Positions 1 to 9,614 of a DNA stretch of 64,000 nucleotides are shown in pieces. Both the position numbers and the translations under genes were made by a program. Position 1 is the stretch's first letter, and every line of letters begins with the position of its first letter. The notes below the pieces were generated by a model. That model was not told the origin of the DNA and did not search any database. It saw nothing but the letters and a program-made list of their open reading frames with translations. Origin of the DNA: a bacterium (GTDB lineage: Bacteria > UBA10199 > 2-02-FULL-44-16 > JAAZCA01); the NCBI GenBank assembly GCA_963674695.2, contig CAXXGI010000001.1, positions 768,001 to 832,000 of the forward strand. Reading direction: 5' to 3'.

Positions 1-2
1 CC

Positions 3-3000
3 GCGAAAAAACTGGGCGACGCATCGTTGACTGCAGGACGCGGCCGTGAAGCGGCGACGTTTCTAGAGCACGCCCTCTCGCTCACGCCCCCCGAAAACCT
101 CGAACCACGCATCGAACTCACGATGAAGCTCGGAGAAGCGATGCTCATCGCCCGCGACTACGACGCGGCGCACGCACGCTTCTCTGCCATCGAATCGATG
201 CTCTGCGACGCGCAGGCCACACCGCAGACCGCGCGATGGAACGCCGAGGCACTCACGCGTCTGGGCGGCACCTATATCAAACTTCAGGAATTCGAACGAG
301 CGCGGCATGCCCTCATGCAGGCCAAGCGCGCACTCAATGCGTCCGGCGGCGATCCCGTCCAGGAACTCGTCATCGAAAATTTTCTCGCCGGCATCCTCTT
401 TCAGGAGGGCAAGCTCGATGTAGCGCTCAATATCTTCGAGCGCACGCGTGCCGCCGCGATCGACCTGGCCTCGATGGAACGCGTGCACGTCACCAACAAC
501 GACCTCGGCATGGTGCTCGTTGCGCAGGGAGACGCCGACAAAGCACAAGCGATCTTTTCCGACGACCTCGCCCAGGCGGTCGCGATCGAAGACGACCTGC
601 TCGTCGCACGCGCGCACTACAACCTCGCTCAGGTTGCCTACGCCAAGAATGATTATGTCGGCGCCATCGATGCCTTCGAACGGTGCGTGGAGATCTGTCG
701 TCGATCGCAGAACACGGAACTGCTGCTTCGCGCCTATAACGGCATGGGCAACGCCTATCAGTTGATGGGAAACCTCGATCAGAGTCTGGCCTTCTATGAC
801 CGCGGGCTCACCCTGCACGAGCGCGTCGGCGATCTGCGCGGTGGCGCGGCCATCGCCGTGAACATGGGGCTCATCGAGACGCAGCGGGGAAAAACCGATG
901 CCGCGCTCGATCACCTGGTGCCGGCTATCGCCTATCTCCGCGCGCTGCCCGAGAAGGGCGTAGCCGATTGGACCGCGCTGGCCCGCGCCCTGCTCGAAAT
1001 GGGCGACATCCTGCATCGCGATGGAAAGCTCGACGAAGCGCGTATGCAGCTGGAGGAGTCGCGTTCGATCGCCACGCGCGTTCCGCAGGCATCCTCCTAT
1101 CGCTTCTGGATCCTGGCCACGCTCGCGGAGATCGCGAACGATCAGAGCCAAGGCGATGAATTCTCCGCGCTCGTCGAGCGGCTCCGACCCCTGGCGCTCG
1201 GCGACGAGGAACGCAAAACGCTTGAAGCGCTCGAACAAAAACGACGCGAATCGCCCCTGCCCGCGAAGGAACAGACGACGGCGCCGCCGGAGGAAGCCTG
1301 GCCACCGAAGACAGATGCGCAGGAATCCGCCTCCAATCCCTGGCGTCGTATCCTCGAGATCAACAAGCTCATCGCGGGGGAGCGCGATCTGGATTACGTC
1401 TTGAAGACGGTGCTCTTCTATGCCCTGGACCTGACCTCCGCCGAGGGAGGAGCGATCTTACTCGCCGACGACGCCGGCGAGGTACACATCACCGCGAGCC
1501 GAAACATGGCCGGCACCGACGAGGAGACCGCGATCAGCCGAACGCTCGCGGGACAGGCCATCGCCACAGGACAACCGGTGCGCACCGACGACGCCATGAT
1601 CGACGCGCGTTTTTCGGAAGAGGTCTCCATCGCCGCGCAGAAGCTGCGCTCGATCCTGGCGCTTCCGATTCGCGCACGAGGACAGATCGTCGGCGTCCTC
1701 TACCTCCACAATCGCTTTCAGACGAGCGCATTTGCCGACTCCGACATGACGATCCTGGATGCCTTTTCCGATCAGGCGGGGCTCGCAATCGAAACCGCAC
1801 GGCTCATCGAGGCGAGCACAACCAAGGAGACCGAACTCTCACACGAGCTGGCTGAGGCGAGCCGACGGGCGCACCGGTATGAAGAACTCCTGCATGAACG
1901 CAATGCCGCGTTCGCGTTCGAGCCTGGAACGATCGTGGCGGCAAGCCCAGCGATGCAGCGCATTCAGGAGACGATGGGCAAGATCGCCGACACCGACCTC
2001 GCGGTCTTCATCTGCGGTGAATCCGGAACGGGAAAGGAATTGATCGCTCGGGCCTTGCACCAGGGCCATGCCATGCGTCGGAACGGACGCTTCATCGCCA
2101 TCAACTGCGGCGCGATCCCAGCAACGCTGATCGAATCGGAACTCTTCGGCTACCGCAAGGGGGCGTTTACGGGAGCGTCCCGCGACAAGCCGGGGTTGAT
2201 CGAGGAAGCGCACGGCGGCACGCTCTTCTTGGATGAGATCGGCGAACTCGAACCAAGCCTCCAGGTCAAACTCCTGCGCGTCCTCCAGGAGGGCGAGGTC
2301 ACGCGCCTGGGCGCGACAGCGGTCAAAACGGTCGATCTGCGGGTGGTGGCCGCATCCAATCGCGACATGGACGCCCTTCGCGCCGAAGGACGATTTCGCG
2401 ACGATCTCTACTATCGCATCTGCCAGATCACCGTGGCCCTTCCTCCACTGCGCGAACGCCCCGAGGACATCACCGCGCTGACGGAGGTCTTTCTCGCGCG
2501 CTACGGTGGGAATCGACATCTCACGATCGAACCAAAACTCATGCGCCGGATGCTCACCGCGGCCTGGCCGGGAAACGTGCGCGAGCTGGAAAACTTTATC
2601 CAGGTGGTCTGCGCCATCACGGAAGGCGCCGTGATCGGCATCGATACGATCCCGGACAATCATCCGCTCGCCAAAGCGGATGCGGTGCCAACCCCAACGG
2701 AGAACCCCGAGCCGAAGATCGCATCAGCGCTTCCGGAGATGCCACCCATCGGCGATCACGGCGTGCTCATCGATGGCATCAATGCCTACGATCCGACGCG
2801 CCCGTGGAAGGAATACGAGCGCCTCATCGTCGCCGCCTGTTTTTCCGCAAACGACCGCCGCGCGCGTCCGACTGCACGCGAACTGGGAATCGCCGCATCG
2901 ACGATGTACAAACACATCGAGACATGGGACCTCAAATCGAATGCCGCTTCCGACCTGCGAAACACCTTCATCTACACGCGCGGGCGCACGCTCGCCCAAT

Positions 3001-3131
3001 ATGTCCCCCTCATCTTTCGGGCAGCGCTGGCCGCCGCAAATGGAAACGCCGCACGCACCATCGCCAACCTCGGCATCAGTCAGGGATTTTTTTATAAAGT
3101 AATGAAGAAGAAGGAACGGACCGAGGGGTGA
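3..3131 (+). CDS. Sigma54-dependent enhancer-binding protein with TPR, GAF, AAA+ and tandem Fis-type HTH domains (5' truncated by window edge)
   Basis: Walker A GESGTGKE, INCGAIP, ESELFG, GAFTGA loop, LFLDEIG, RFRDDLYYR, WPGNVRELEN. GAF domain and TPR-like helical repeats upstream. Frame is open from the window start (ORF track starts at 27). Confidence 0.93.
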   Translation, partial: AKKLGDASLTAGRGREAATFLEHALSLTPPENLEPRIELTMKLGEAMLIARDYDAAHARFSAIESMLCDAQATPQTARWNAEALTRLGGTYIKLQEFERARHALMQAKRALNASGGDPVQELVIENFLAGILFQEGKLDVALNIFERTRAAAIDLASMERVHVTNNDLGMVLVAQGDADKAQAIFSDDLAQAVAIEDDLLVARAHYNLAQVAYAKNDYVGAIDAFERCVEICRRSQNTELLLRAYNGMGNAYQLMGNLDQSLAFYDRGLTLHERVGDLRGGAAIAVNMGLIETQRGKTDAALDHLVPAIAYLRALPEKGVADWTALARALLEMGDILHRDGKLDEARMQLEESRSIATRVPQASSYRFWILATLAEIANDQSQGDEFSALVERLRPLALGDEERKTLEALEQKRRESPLPAKEQTTAPPEEAWPPKTDAQESASNPWRRILEINKLIAGERDLDYVLKTVLFYALDLTSAEGGAILLADDAGEVHITASRNMAGTDEETAISRTLAGQAIATGQPVRTDDAMIDARFSEEVSIAAQKLRSILALPIRARGQIVGVLYLHNRFQTSAFADSDMTILDAFSDQAGLAIETARLIEASTTKETELSHELAEASRRAHRYEELLHERNAAFAFEPGTIVAASPAMQRIQETMGKIADTDLAVFICGESGTGKELIARALHQGHAMRRNGRFIAINCGAIPATLIESELFGYRKGAFTGASRDKPGLIEEAHGGTLFLDEIGELEPSLQVKLLRVLQEGEVTRLGATAVKTVDLRVVAASNRDMDALRAEGRFRDDLYYRICQITVALPPLRERPEDITALTEVFLARYGGNRHLTIEPKLMRRMLTAAWPGNVRELENFIQVVCAITEGAVIGIDTIPDNHPLAKADAVPTPTENPEPKIASALPEMPPIGDHGVLIDGINAYDPTRPWKEYERLIVAACFSANDRRARPTARELGIAASTMYKHIETWDLKSNAASDLRNTFIYTRGRTLAQYVPLIFRAALAAANGNAARTIANLGISQGFFYKVMKKKERTEG

Positions 3132-3222
3132 AGGACGTCCGCGAACGCCGTTCGCTAGGGCGAGGGGCGATCGCAAACGCTGTTCACTTGGACGAAAGAG
3201 CTTTTTCGTCCTTCGCCCTAGC
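3126..3222. repeat. Degenerate 7-mer (GGGCGAA/GGACGAA-type) inverted repeat between convergent genes
   Basis: cgctagggcgaggggcga vs tcgtccttcgccctagcg; the same 7-mer type occurs at about 52497-52526. Confidence 0.5.
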
Positions 3223-4957
3223 GAGTGGAACTCGCGGTCGTCCCTCGTCCTTCGTTCATCAGGATTTTTTTCGGGAATCGATCGCGGCCGTAGATGTCGT
3301 GAAAGTAGCGCACCCCCTCGCCCGATTCAAACCAGGCGGTGAAGTAGGCGATATGGATGGGAACCGGCGCGGTGAGGTTCTGCACCTTCACGCGCTCGCT
3401 GAACATGGCCTTCTCGATCCGATCGAGATCCCATCCCTCCTGGTCCCGCAGGAGAAATTGCGCCAACTCCTTGGGTTTGGAGATACGGATACACCCCGAG
3501 CTAAGTGTTCGGCGCTGGTTCTTGAAGAGATAGGGTTTTTCTGTGTCATGCAGATAGACGTCGTGCTGATTCGGAAATATAAACTTCACCCGTCCAAGCG
3601 CGTTTCCCCCGCCGGGGCGCTGCACGATGCGATAATCGAAGTTCGATGCATCCACCTGCGACCAATCGACCGTGGTCGGATCGACGGTCTCGCCGCGCTC
3701 CCCCTCGCTCGTGTAGAGCGTCATCCCTGCGCGCCGCAAATAGTCCGGATCCTTCCTGAGAATCGGAAGTTTGTCCTTGATCGCGATGGAGCGCGGCACA
3801 CGCCACTTGGGACTGAAGACGAGAAAGCGAACGCGATTGGACATGATGGGGCTCTTGCGATCGATACGCCCGACGATTGCCTTCATCTCGAGCTGTTGTG
3901 ATCCATTTTCAAAGACCTTCACTTCAAACGCCGGGACATCCACAAAGATATAGAGCGGCTCGGCAAATGCGCGCGACATCGCCCGCACGCGATCCATGTT
4001 GATGACGAGCGCTTCGATGCGTTTTTCCACCGGCACGTTCATCGCTTCGGTCGTCCCGCGACCGATGACGCCATCGACGTTGAGTCCATGCGTGCGCTGG
4101 AAGCGTTTGACGGCCTCGACGAGGTCCTCGTCGTGAATCGTCTCGGGATCGATGGCCGTCTCCGCTGGCGCGGCCTTCTCCTTTTTCTTTTGGGGCGGAC
4201 GCGATTTCCCGCCATCGAGTTCTCCGGTTGCCTCAAGCCGACGGCGGATCGCGACGAGGCGTGCATCGGCCTGGTCCGGCTCGATCTTGTCGCCGCGCGC
4301 CAACTGCGGCACCGTCGGCCAAACCACCGTCACGCCGCGCAGGCGATCGAGTTCCGCGCGAAGTCCGGCATAGCCACCGTTCTTCGGCAGCAGCGTCCGG
4401 AGCACCTCGCCCGTATCCTTCTGTTCGGCAACGCTCTCGCGAAATATCCCCACCAGGTCGACATCGGCGGGCAAGCGAAACGGCTTTGCCCGATTGCGAT
4501 AGGGATCGATGAGCCCCTCCGAAAAGTGGGCCCCCATGAGGAAAAATGCATCGCTCAACAGCAGATCGAGCTCGGCCAAAAGTTCAGTCCGCTCCTGCGC
4601 AGAACCCTCCTCCAAAGCCTGCCACAGGCGGTCGATGGCGGCAGCGTGATAAAACTCGGGCTTGAGCCCCTCGACCGTGACCGCCGCGATGGCCTCCCGA
4701 AATTTCCGTGCCTCCTTGGTCGGCTTGTCGCCACGAATGAAGGCCGGTGCAAACCCGCGCGGCTCATAGAAGGACAGCAGGGCCTGTCGCGCCCCGAGCG
4801 CCTCGCCAGCGACATTCTTTCGGGCCAAATCCGCCTGTATCTGGAGGGCAAGGGGATCGGCAATCGGCGCGGATATTTCATCCTGAGCCGACGCGACGGC
4901 AGAAAGAGCCAGGACGGATACCAGCAACAGGATCGAGCTCATTCTCATGATTCGCAT
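3218..4957 (-). CDS. ldtD: L,D-transpeptidase, YcbB/LdtD family, with peptidoglycan-binding domain
   Basis: Signal peptide; AVKRFQRTHGLNVDGVIG PG-binding motif; catalytic region VYLHDT...RTLSSGCIRI; NALGRVKFIFPN. Confidence 0.88.
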   Translation of the reverse strand: MRIMRMSSILLLVSVLALSAVASAQDEISAPIADPLALQIQADLARKNVAGEALGARQALLSFYEPRGFAPAFIRGDKPTKEARKFREAIAAVTVEGLKPEFYHAAAIDRLWQALEEGSAQERTELLAELDLLLSDAFFLMGAHFSEGLIDPYRNRAKPFRLPADVDLVGIFRESVAEQKDTGEVLRTLLPKNGGYAGLRAELDRLRGVTVVWPTVPQLARGDKIEPDQADARLVAIRRRLEATGELDGGKSRPPQKKKEKAAPAETAIDPETIHDEDLVEAVKRFQRTHGLNVDGVIGRGTTEAMNVPVEKRIEALVINMDRVRAMSRAFAEPLYIFVDVPAFEVKVFENGSQQLEMKAIVGRIDRKSPIMSNRVRFLVFSPKWRVPRSIAIKDKLPILRKDPDYLRRAGMTLYTSEGERGETVDPTTVDWSQVDASNFDYRIVQRPGGGNALGRVKFIFPNQHDVYLHDTEKPYLFKNQRRTLSSGCIRISKPKELAQFLLRDQEGWDLDRIEKAMFSERVKVQNLTAPVPIHIAYFTAWFESGEGVRYFHDIYGRDRFPKKILMNEGRGTTASSTR

Positions 4958-5121
4958 CGGCCTCCTTGTTTGAGATGCCCTGATCTAACAACGACAACCC
5001 TCCTGCCGCAATCGAAAAAACAGAGGAGGAAAGATGCCCATTTCTTGACGCCCCTGTGAATGGTACACCCGCCGAAAGACTAAAAACCGCACCAAAGGAC
5101 CCTCTCTCAACATACACCTCA

Positions 5122-5137
5122 TGGCACAGCTCTTGCT
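5122..5137 (+). promoter_or_regulatory. Sigma54 -24/-12 promoter
   Basis: TGGCACAGCTCTTGCT matches TGGCAC-N5-TTGCW, 37 bp upstream of the ATG at 5174. Confidence 0.75.
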
Positions 5138-5173
5138 CTCTTCCGCAGTGGTAACCAGGAGGGGGAGGATCCG

Positions 5174-5473
5174 ATGAATACCATCGCGCGAACACTCTGC
5201 ATCATAATCGTATCCATCGTCATGGCCGTCCTGGGGGCGAAGCCCCTGATAGCCCGCGAACATCGACAGCAACAGCAACGACAACAGCATCATGAGAGAA
5301 CCACCGCTACCGAAGGACGTCTGGATAATACGCAGCTGTGGGAGCGGGTGCAGGTCGAACAGAACCATGAACGCCAACGACAGGAACGCAGCCACTCGAC
5401 TTCCTCTGGCGCCTTTCGCGTGGGAAAAGACAGCCCCACGCCGCGCACGGACGGATGGGATTCCGGCTATTAG
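5174..5473 (+). CDS. Small secreted hypothetical protein (Gln/Arg/His-rich)
   Basis: Strong RBS (ggagggggagga), hydrophobic N-terminal signal peptide, sigma54 promoter upstream. Confidence 0.65.
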   Translation: MNTIARTLCIIIVSIVMAVLGAKPLIAREHRQQQQRQQHHERTTATEGRLDNTQLWERVQVEQNHERQRQERSHSTSSGAFRVGKDSPTPRTDGWDSGY

Positions 5474-5805
5474 CCCTCATCCGTCAAAAAAGCGATGCAT
5501 TAGGAGATGCCCACTCGGCTCCGACGCCTCCGGGGGCGACCCAGAGCGGGTTCGCGGGCGACGAACCCACCTCGTTCTGAGGGTGATGACAAACCCGTGT
5601 TTTTGTCATCCCCGCGAAAGCGGGGATCTCGATGTGCCGCAATAAGCGAGATTCCCGCCTACGCGGGAATGACAGCTCGAGATGGCTTTGTCAGCAGTTT
5701 GAGCCGAGGTCTCCATCGCCTGCTCACCTCGCTGGGTACCCCGCCCCCTCCCGGCAAGTCGCCGAGTGGGCATCTCCTGATGCACCATGTATTGCCGGAT
5801 GAGGG
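5474..5805. mobile_element. Nested MITE-like palindromic element
   Basis: Outer IRs ccctcatccgtcaa (5474)/ttgccggatgaggg (5805) and atgcattaggagatgcccactcggc (5495-5519)/gccgagtgggcatctcctgatgca (5761-5784) enclose an inner REP-like palindrome. Confidence 0.65.
5604..5674. repeat. REP-like TGTCAT...ATGACA palindromic element
   Basis: tgtcatccccgcgaaagcggggatctc...gagattcccgcctacgcgggaatgaca; related copies at 12959, 17756, 36491 and 61233. Confidence 0.8.
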
Positions 5806-5819
5806 GGAGGAACCTGTCG

Positions 5820-6311
5820 TCAGTTCTCAACCTGTTCGAACTCGCCCCGAGCGCGATTCTTGCGCACGTTATCCCACGGAAAATAGCGCCCGTTCATGGC
5901 CACGTAGACGCCATGCGGCAGACACTGTGCAAAGGCGAGTGCGCTCCCCAGATTGAAGAGCCCATCGGAACTTCCAAATTTATACGGAATCATCGCACCG
6001 GTGATAACGATCGTCTTCGAAATTTCCGCCTGGCCCAGAAAGCGCGCCGTTTCCTCCATGGTGTCCGTCCCATGCGTGATGAGAATGCGTTCCTCGGCGG
6101 CCTGCTCACACTGCTGGCGAATGAGCTCTCGATCGGCTTCGGTCAGCGTAAGACTGTCGACCAGCATCAGGCTCCGAACCTGCACATCGACCCGGCTGCG
6201 CCCAAGCTGGAGCATCTCCGGCAGATGCGAATCCTTAAAGAAGAGTTCGCCGCTGAGCTCATTGTATTCCTTGTCGAACGTCCCCCCGGTGATAAAGATA
6301 CGTATCGTCAT
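5820..6311 (-). CDS. Short L-asparaginase-domain protein
   Basis: ITGGTFDK and ITHGTDTM asparaginase active-site motifs; TGAMIP; RBS before MTIRIF. Confidence 0.9.
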   Translation of the reverse strand: MTIRIFITGGTFDKEYNELSGELFFKDSHLPEMLQLGRSRVDVQVRSLMLVDSLTLTEADRELIRQQCEQAAEERILITHGTDTMEETARFLGQAEISKTIVITGAMIPYKFGSSDGLFNLGSALAFAQCLPHGVYVAMNGRYFPWDNVRKNRARGEFEQVEN

Positions 6312-6376
6312 CGTTCTCCCTTCGCAAAAACGGCCGCCCCCATCGGAGCGGCCGCTTGATAGAATCGGATGGACAG

Positions 6377-6757
6377 CTACCAACTTGCATATCCGCCTGT
6401 CGAACTCGAGACCCAACCCTGTGCCTTGTCATAGGCATACGGGTTTCCGAACGGATCCAGAAATTTTCCCTCTTTGCTGACCGGGACACGCGCGATGAAA
6501 TGATGCACCTGACCGGAATCCGGCATGCGGAATGTCGCCATCGACAGATCGACGAGTGATTCCGGCGTCTTGCGTTCGACGTACTGATAGAGCGTGATGC
6601 CCTGGCGCAGATTCTCGAGCTGATAGCGCAGGACCTTCTGTTCATAGACGCGCTTTTCCAGGAAGTAGCTGTTGACGATGAACGCCAACATTCCCAAGAA
6701 TACGATCACGAGCAAAGCGCTCTCCCATACCTGACGTTTCGGTTGATCCAGTGCCAT
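6377..6757 (-). CDS. GspG/pilin-like single-pass membrane protein (paralog 2)
   Basis: N-terminal hydrophobic helix; LRQGI..Y...PESLVDL; DPFGNPYAYD motif as in GspG-like proteins; RBS aggaggag. Confidence 0.65.
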   Translation of the reverse strand: MALDQPKRQVWESALLVIVFLGMLAFIVNSYFLEKRVYEQKVLRYQLENLRQGITLYQYVERKTPESLVDLSMATFRMPDSGQVHHFIARVPVSKEGKFLDPFGNPYAYDKAQGWVSSSTGGYASW

Positions 6758-6792
6758 TGTTCTCCTCCTCGCGTAGAAATGACGGTTATCGA

Positions 6793-7173
6793 TCACCACG
6801 ATCCATAGCCGGGCGTCTGACTTGCAACCCACCCACCTGCTGAATCGTAGGCAAAAGGCGTTTCAAATGGATCCACGATCTCGCCATCCCCATTGACCGT
6901 GACGAATTCGACGAAGCGACGACGACGAACATCGTCGGGCAACGTATAGGATGCCGTCGCCAATTCGACGAGCGACCCGGGAAAGCGCTGCTTGACGATC
7001 TTGAAAAGATTGACCCCCTGCCGAAGCATGGCCAGCTCATACATGAGTGCACGTTCCTTACCGACCTTGTCTTCGAGATTGTAAGTACGCGCCATGAACG
7101 AAATGGCGACAACGAAGATGACGATGAGGACGACGATCTCCCATGTGGCGCGCGTTGGATTTTTAAGGCTCAT
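6793..7173 (-). CDS. GspG/pilin-like single-pass membrane protein (paralog 1)
   Basis: Clear paralog of 6377-6757 (LRQGV..F...PGSLVEL, DPFETPFAYD, GWV.S.T.GY.SW). Confidence 0.65.
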   Translation of the reverse strand: MSLKNPTRATWEIVVLIVIFVVAISFMARTYNLEDKVGKERALMYELAMLRQGVNLFKIVKQRFPGSLVELATASYTLPDDVRRRRFVEFVTVNGDGEIVDPFETPFAYDSAGGWVASQTPGYGSW

Positions 7174-7288
7174 GATCCCCTCTGATCGGAATCGACAATT
7201 GTTTCGGGACCTTACCATACGACCCAACACTTGCCAAGCGCTTCTCTCGAAACAGCAAACACGAGCAGGACACCATCACAAGCGATCG

Positions 7289-8098
7289 TCATCGGACGAC
7301 CAGAAGCTCATAGACGAACAAAACCACCTCCACGGTGATGAGAACGATGATGGTCCATTCCAGATAGTTGGCATGCCGATACTGCAGCAACGTGGAGATC
7401 AGCTCGAGATTCTCCTGGATCATGCGCAGCTTATAATCGACCGTCCGGTACCGATCGCGAATCTCGAACATATCGACGGCATCACGGTAGAGGCGATCGA
7501 GCACCTGATCCTCCCAGGTCTCGTCCGGCTTATCGAGCAGGTAGAGCGATGCGACCAACTGCTGCTTGTTGGTGATACACTGACCGATGAAGCGCTTGAT
7601 CTCGCCCTCGCGCCGCACCAGCCGCCCACGGGAACGCAGGTCGTGGCCGATATCGCCCGTCTTCGAAAACAGTTCGTCCACCTTGATCTCGAAGTATTCC
7701 AGCGCTGTCGACTGCGCCAGGACAAATGCGATCAGTTCGATGCGATCGAGCGAAAACGCATCGAGGACAGCGACCTCGAAGCCGATGGCGCTGCGCTCGC
7801 CGGAGCGAAGCTCCAACGTGAACTCCTCGCTGATGATTTCGGGCTTCTCGCCGATGAGGACCGCCAGTTTTTCAATGACGGCCCGCTGCCGCTGAGGCGA
7901 CACGTTGAAGAAGACGACCGAGCCGAAGCGATAGATGAAGAAGAAGCGATCTTCCCCTTCCCGAAAAATGAGTTTGGTGGCCGACTGCACATGCGCCGCC
8001 CCCTCGAAGAGGCGATCCACCTCTTTAAGTTTGAGCGTCTCCGTAACGTGATAGGCGGTCATGCCGACACGGGTGACTTCCGAAATGGATGCATTCAT
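7289..8098 (-). CDS. RMD1/DUF155 family protein
   Basis: FFIYRFGSVVFFN, VLAQSTALEYFE, LLDKPDETWE, FEIRDR, C-terminal LEWTIIVLITVE. Confidence 0.88.
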   Translation of the reverse strand: MNASISEVTRVGMTAYHVTETLKLKEVDRLFEGAAHVQSATKLIFREGEDRFFFIYRFGSVVFFNVSPQRQRAVIEKLAVLIGEKPEIISEEFTLELRSGERSAIGFEVAVLDAFSLDRIELIAFVLAQSTALEYFEIKVDELFSKTGDIGHDLRSRGRLVRREGEIKRFIGQCITNKQQLVASLYLLDKPDETWEDQVLDRLYRDAVDMFEIRDRYRTVDYKLRMIQENLELISTLLQYRHANYLEWTIIVLITVEVVLFVYELLVVR

Positions 8099-8234
8099 AT
8101 CGAACCCCCTTTCCGGCAGGTATCATATCGATGCTCCATCGGCGGTGCAAGGCCACACCGTATTTTTGCCTTTGCTTTTCAGCCATTCGCGGACTATCCC
8201 CTGGCACGTCACAGTCCTTCTCCAGGAGGTTTTC

Positions 8235-9614
8235 ATGCAGCTCTCCGAACGCGGCGCCATCCGCAGCGCCATCGCCGATGGCGGTTTTCATCTCTATCCG
8301 GCCGGACACCTGGTCGAGATCATCCAAGAGGGACTCGCAGGCGATGGGCTTCGCGACAACTTCGACCCGACCACGACACCCGCCAAGGTCATGCGCGTGG
8401 CGGGCCCGGAGGGACATGCGCGGGCCATCTTCGAACGCGACCGAGCGCTCCTGTGTGAGCGCCTCGAACGCATGAGCCCCGACTACGACATCGAGTCGGT
8501 CTTCACGCGCATGATGGCCGCCGCACCGGCGATGGCCAAACGCTATTACGGCATCGATGATTTTTCCGTTCCCCACCCAAAGGTGGTCGAATATTTCTTC
8601 GAGGGATACAACGATCTCTACAAGGACGGCGACTGGTTCGCCTTCAACGTCAATTCGGCTGAAGCGAAGGAGCTGGATGTTCCGATCGGCATCTACTTCA
8701 AGCGCGATCAGGTCTCACCGGGGCATCCGGAGCTGACCACGCTGCACGAAGCCAACCACGCCATGCAGGATGCCGCGGGGCTCGCCGCCGCCGGGCATCA
8801 CTACATCCCCTGGATGGACGAAGGATTTGCCGATGCCCTCGGGCGCTGCATGCTCGCGCGTGCCACCGAGGACTGGGAGTTGATCGCCAAGCTCAAGGCC
8901 TCGCGCATGGAGGTCGAAGTCACCGATCCGCGCAAGGTCACCTATCACTACGGCGAAGAGACCGCCGCGCTCATCCTCCTGCGCGGACGACTCCCCTTCT
9001 TCCGGGCGCTGCTCAAGGCCCGCGCACGCGAGCCCTTCGCCATCGACTGGAACACGTTTGCCTGCCGCATCAAAGAGGGGTTCGATCCGCACGTGGCGCT
9101 GGCCACCTCGTATCGCGGGAAGAAACCCGAGGCCTTCCGCAAACAGTTCGACCGCGAGGAGAGTCAGTTCCGCAAAGAACCCGACTTCGACCAGATGGAC
9201 CTGCGCGTCCTCTCCCTCTTTCTAGCCACGCAAGCGCCGGCTTGCATCCCGACCGACGAATACGAGGCCGCCCTCTGGCTCACGGCTGCCGTGAACGAGC
9301 GCCCCTGCCCCTACCCGGTCGATCCGAGCGCCGTCCCCGAAGAGCTTCGGGCAAAGATTCCGGCCTGGAGAGGCGATGCACCGATCCCGGCCGAGACCAT
9401 CCCGGTCGAGCTGTGGGAGAAGGCCCCCATCCTCGCCACCAAGATCGTCATCCCCGAAGGGGACGTGCCACACGAACTCAACGCCGGCGTGGCCGCGCTG
9501 GCGGCGAAGTACTTCATCCTGAAGCGATCGATCGGCGGCGTAACCGTCTACGAACCCTACGGCGGCGGGCTCCCCTATCGCATGGCGACGGGGGAGGTCA
9601 GGTGTGCGTATTAG
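8235..9614 (+). CDS. Hypothetical protein with gluzincin-type metalloprotease motif
   Basis: LHEANH (HExxH) followed by WMDEGFAD; start chosen at the GGAGG-preceded ATG at 8235 (ORF track extends to 8061). Confidence 0.7.
   Translation: MQLSERGAIRSAIADGGFHLYPAGHLVEIIQEGLAGDGLRDNFDPTTTPAKVMRVAGPEGHARAIFERDRALLCERLERMSPDYDIESVFTRMMAAAPAMAKRYYGIDDFSVPHPKVVEYFFEGYNDLYKDGDWFAFNVNSAEAKELDVPIGIYFKRDQVSPGHPELTTLHEANHAMQDAAGLAAAGHHYIPWMDEGFADALGRCMLARATEDWELIAKLKASRMEVEVTDPRKVTYHYGEETAALILLRGRLPFFRALLKARAREPFAIDWNTFACRIKEGFDPHVALATSYRGKKPEAFRKQFDREESQFRKEPDFDQMDLRVLSLFLATQAPACIPTDEYEAALWLTAAVNERPCPYPVDPSAVPEELRAKIPAWRGDAPIPAETIPVELWEKAPILATKIVIPEGDVPHELNAGVAALAAKYFILKRSIGGVTVYEPYGGGLPYRMATGEVRCAY

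Noticed and set aside
8061-8234. Divergent overlap between the RMD1 gene and the HExxH gene
   Set aside because: A GGAGG-preceded ATG at 8235 removes the overlap.
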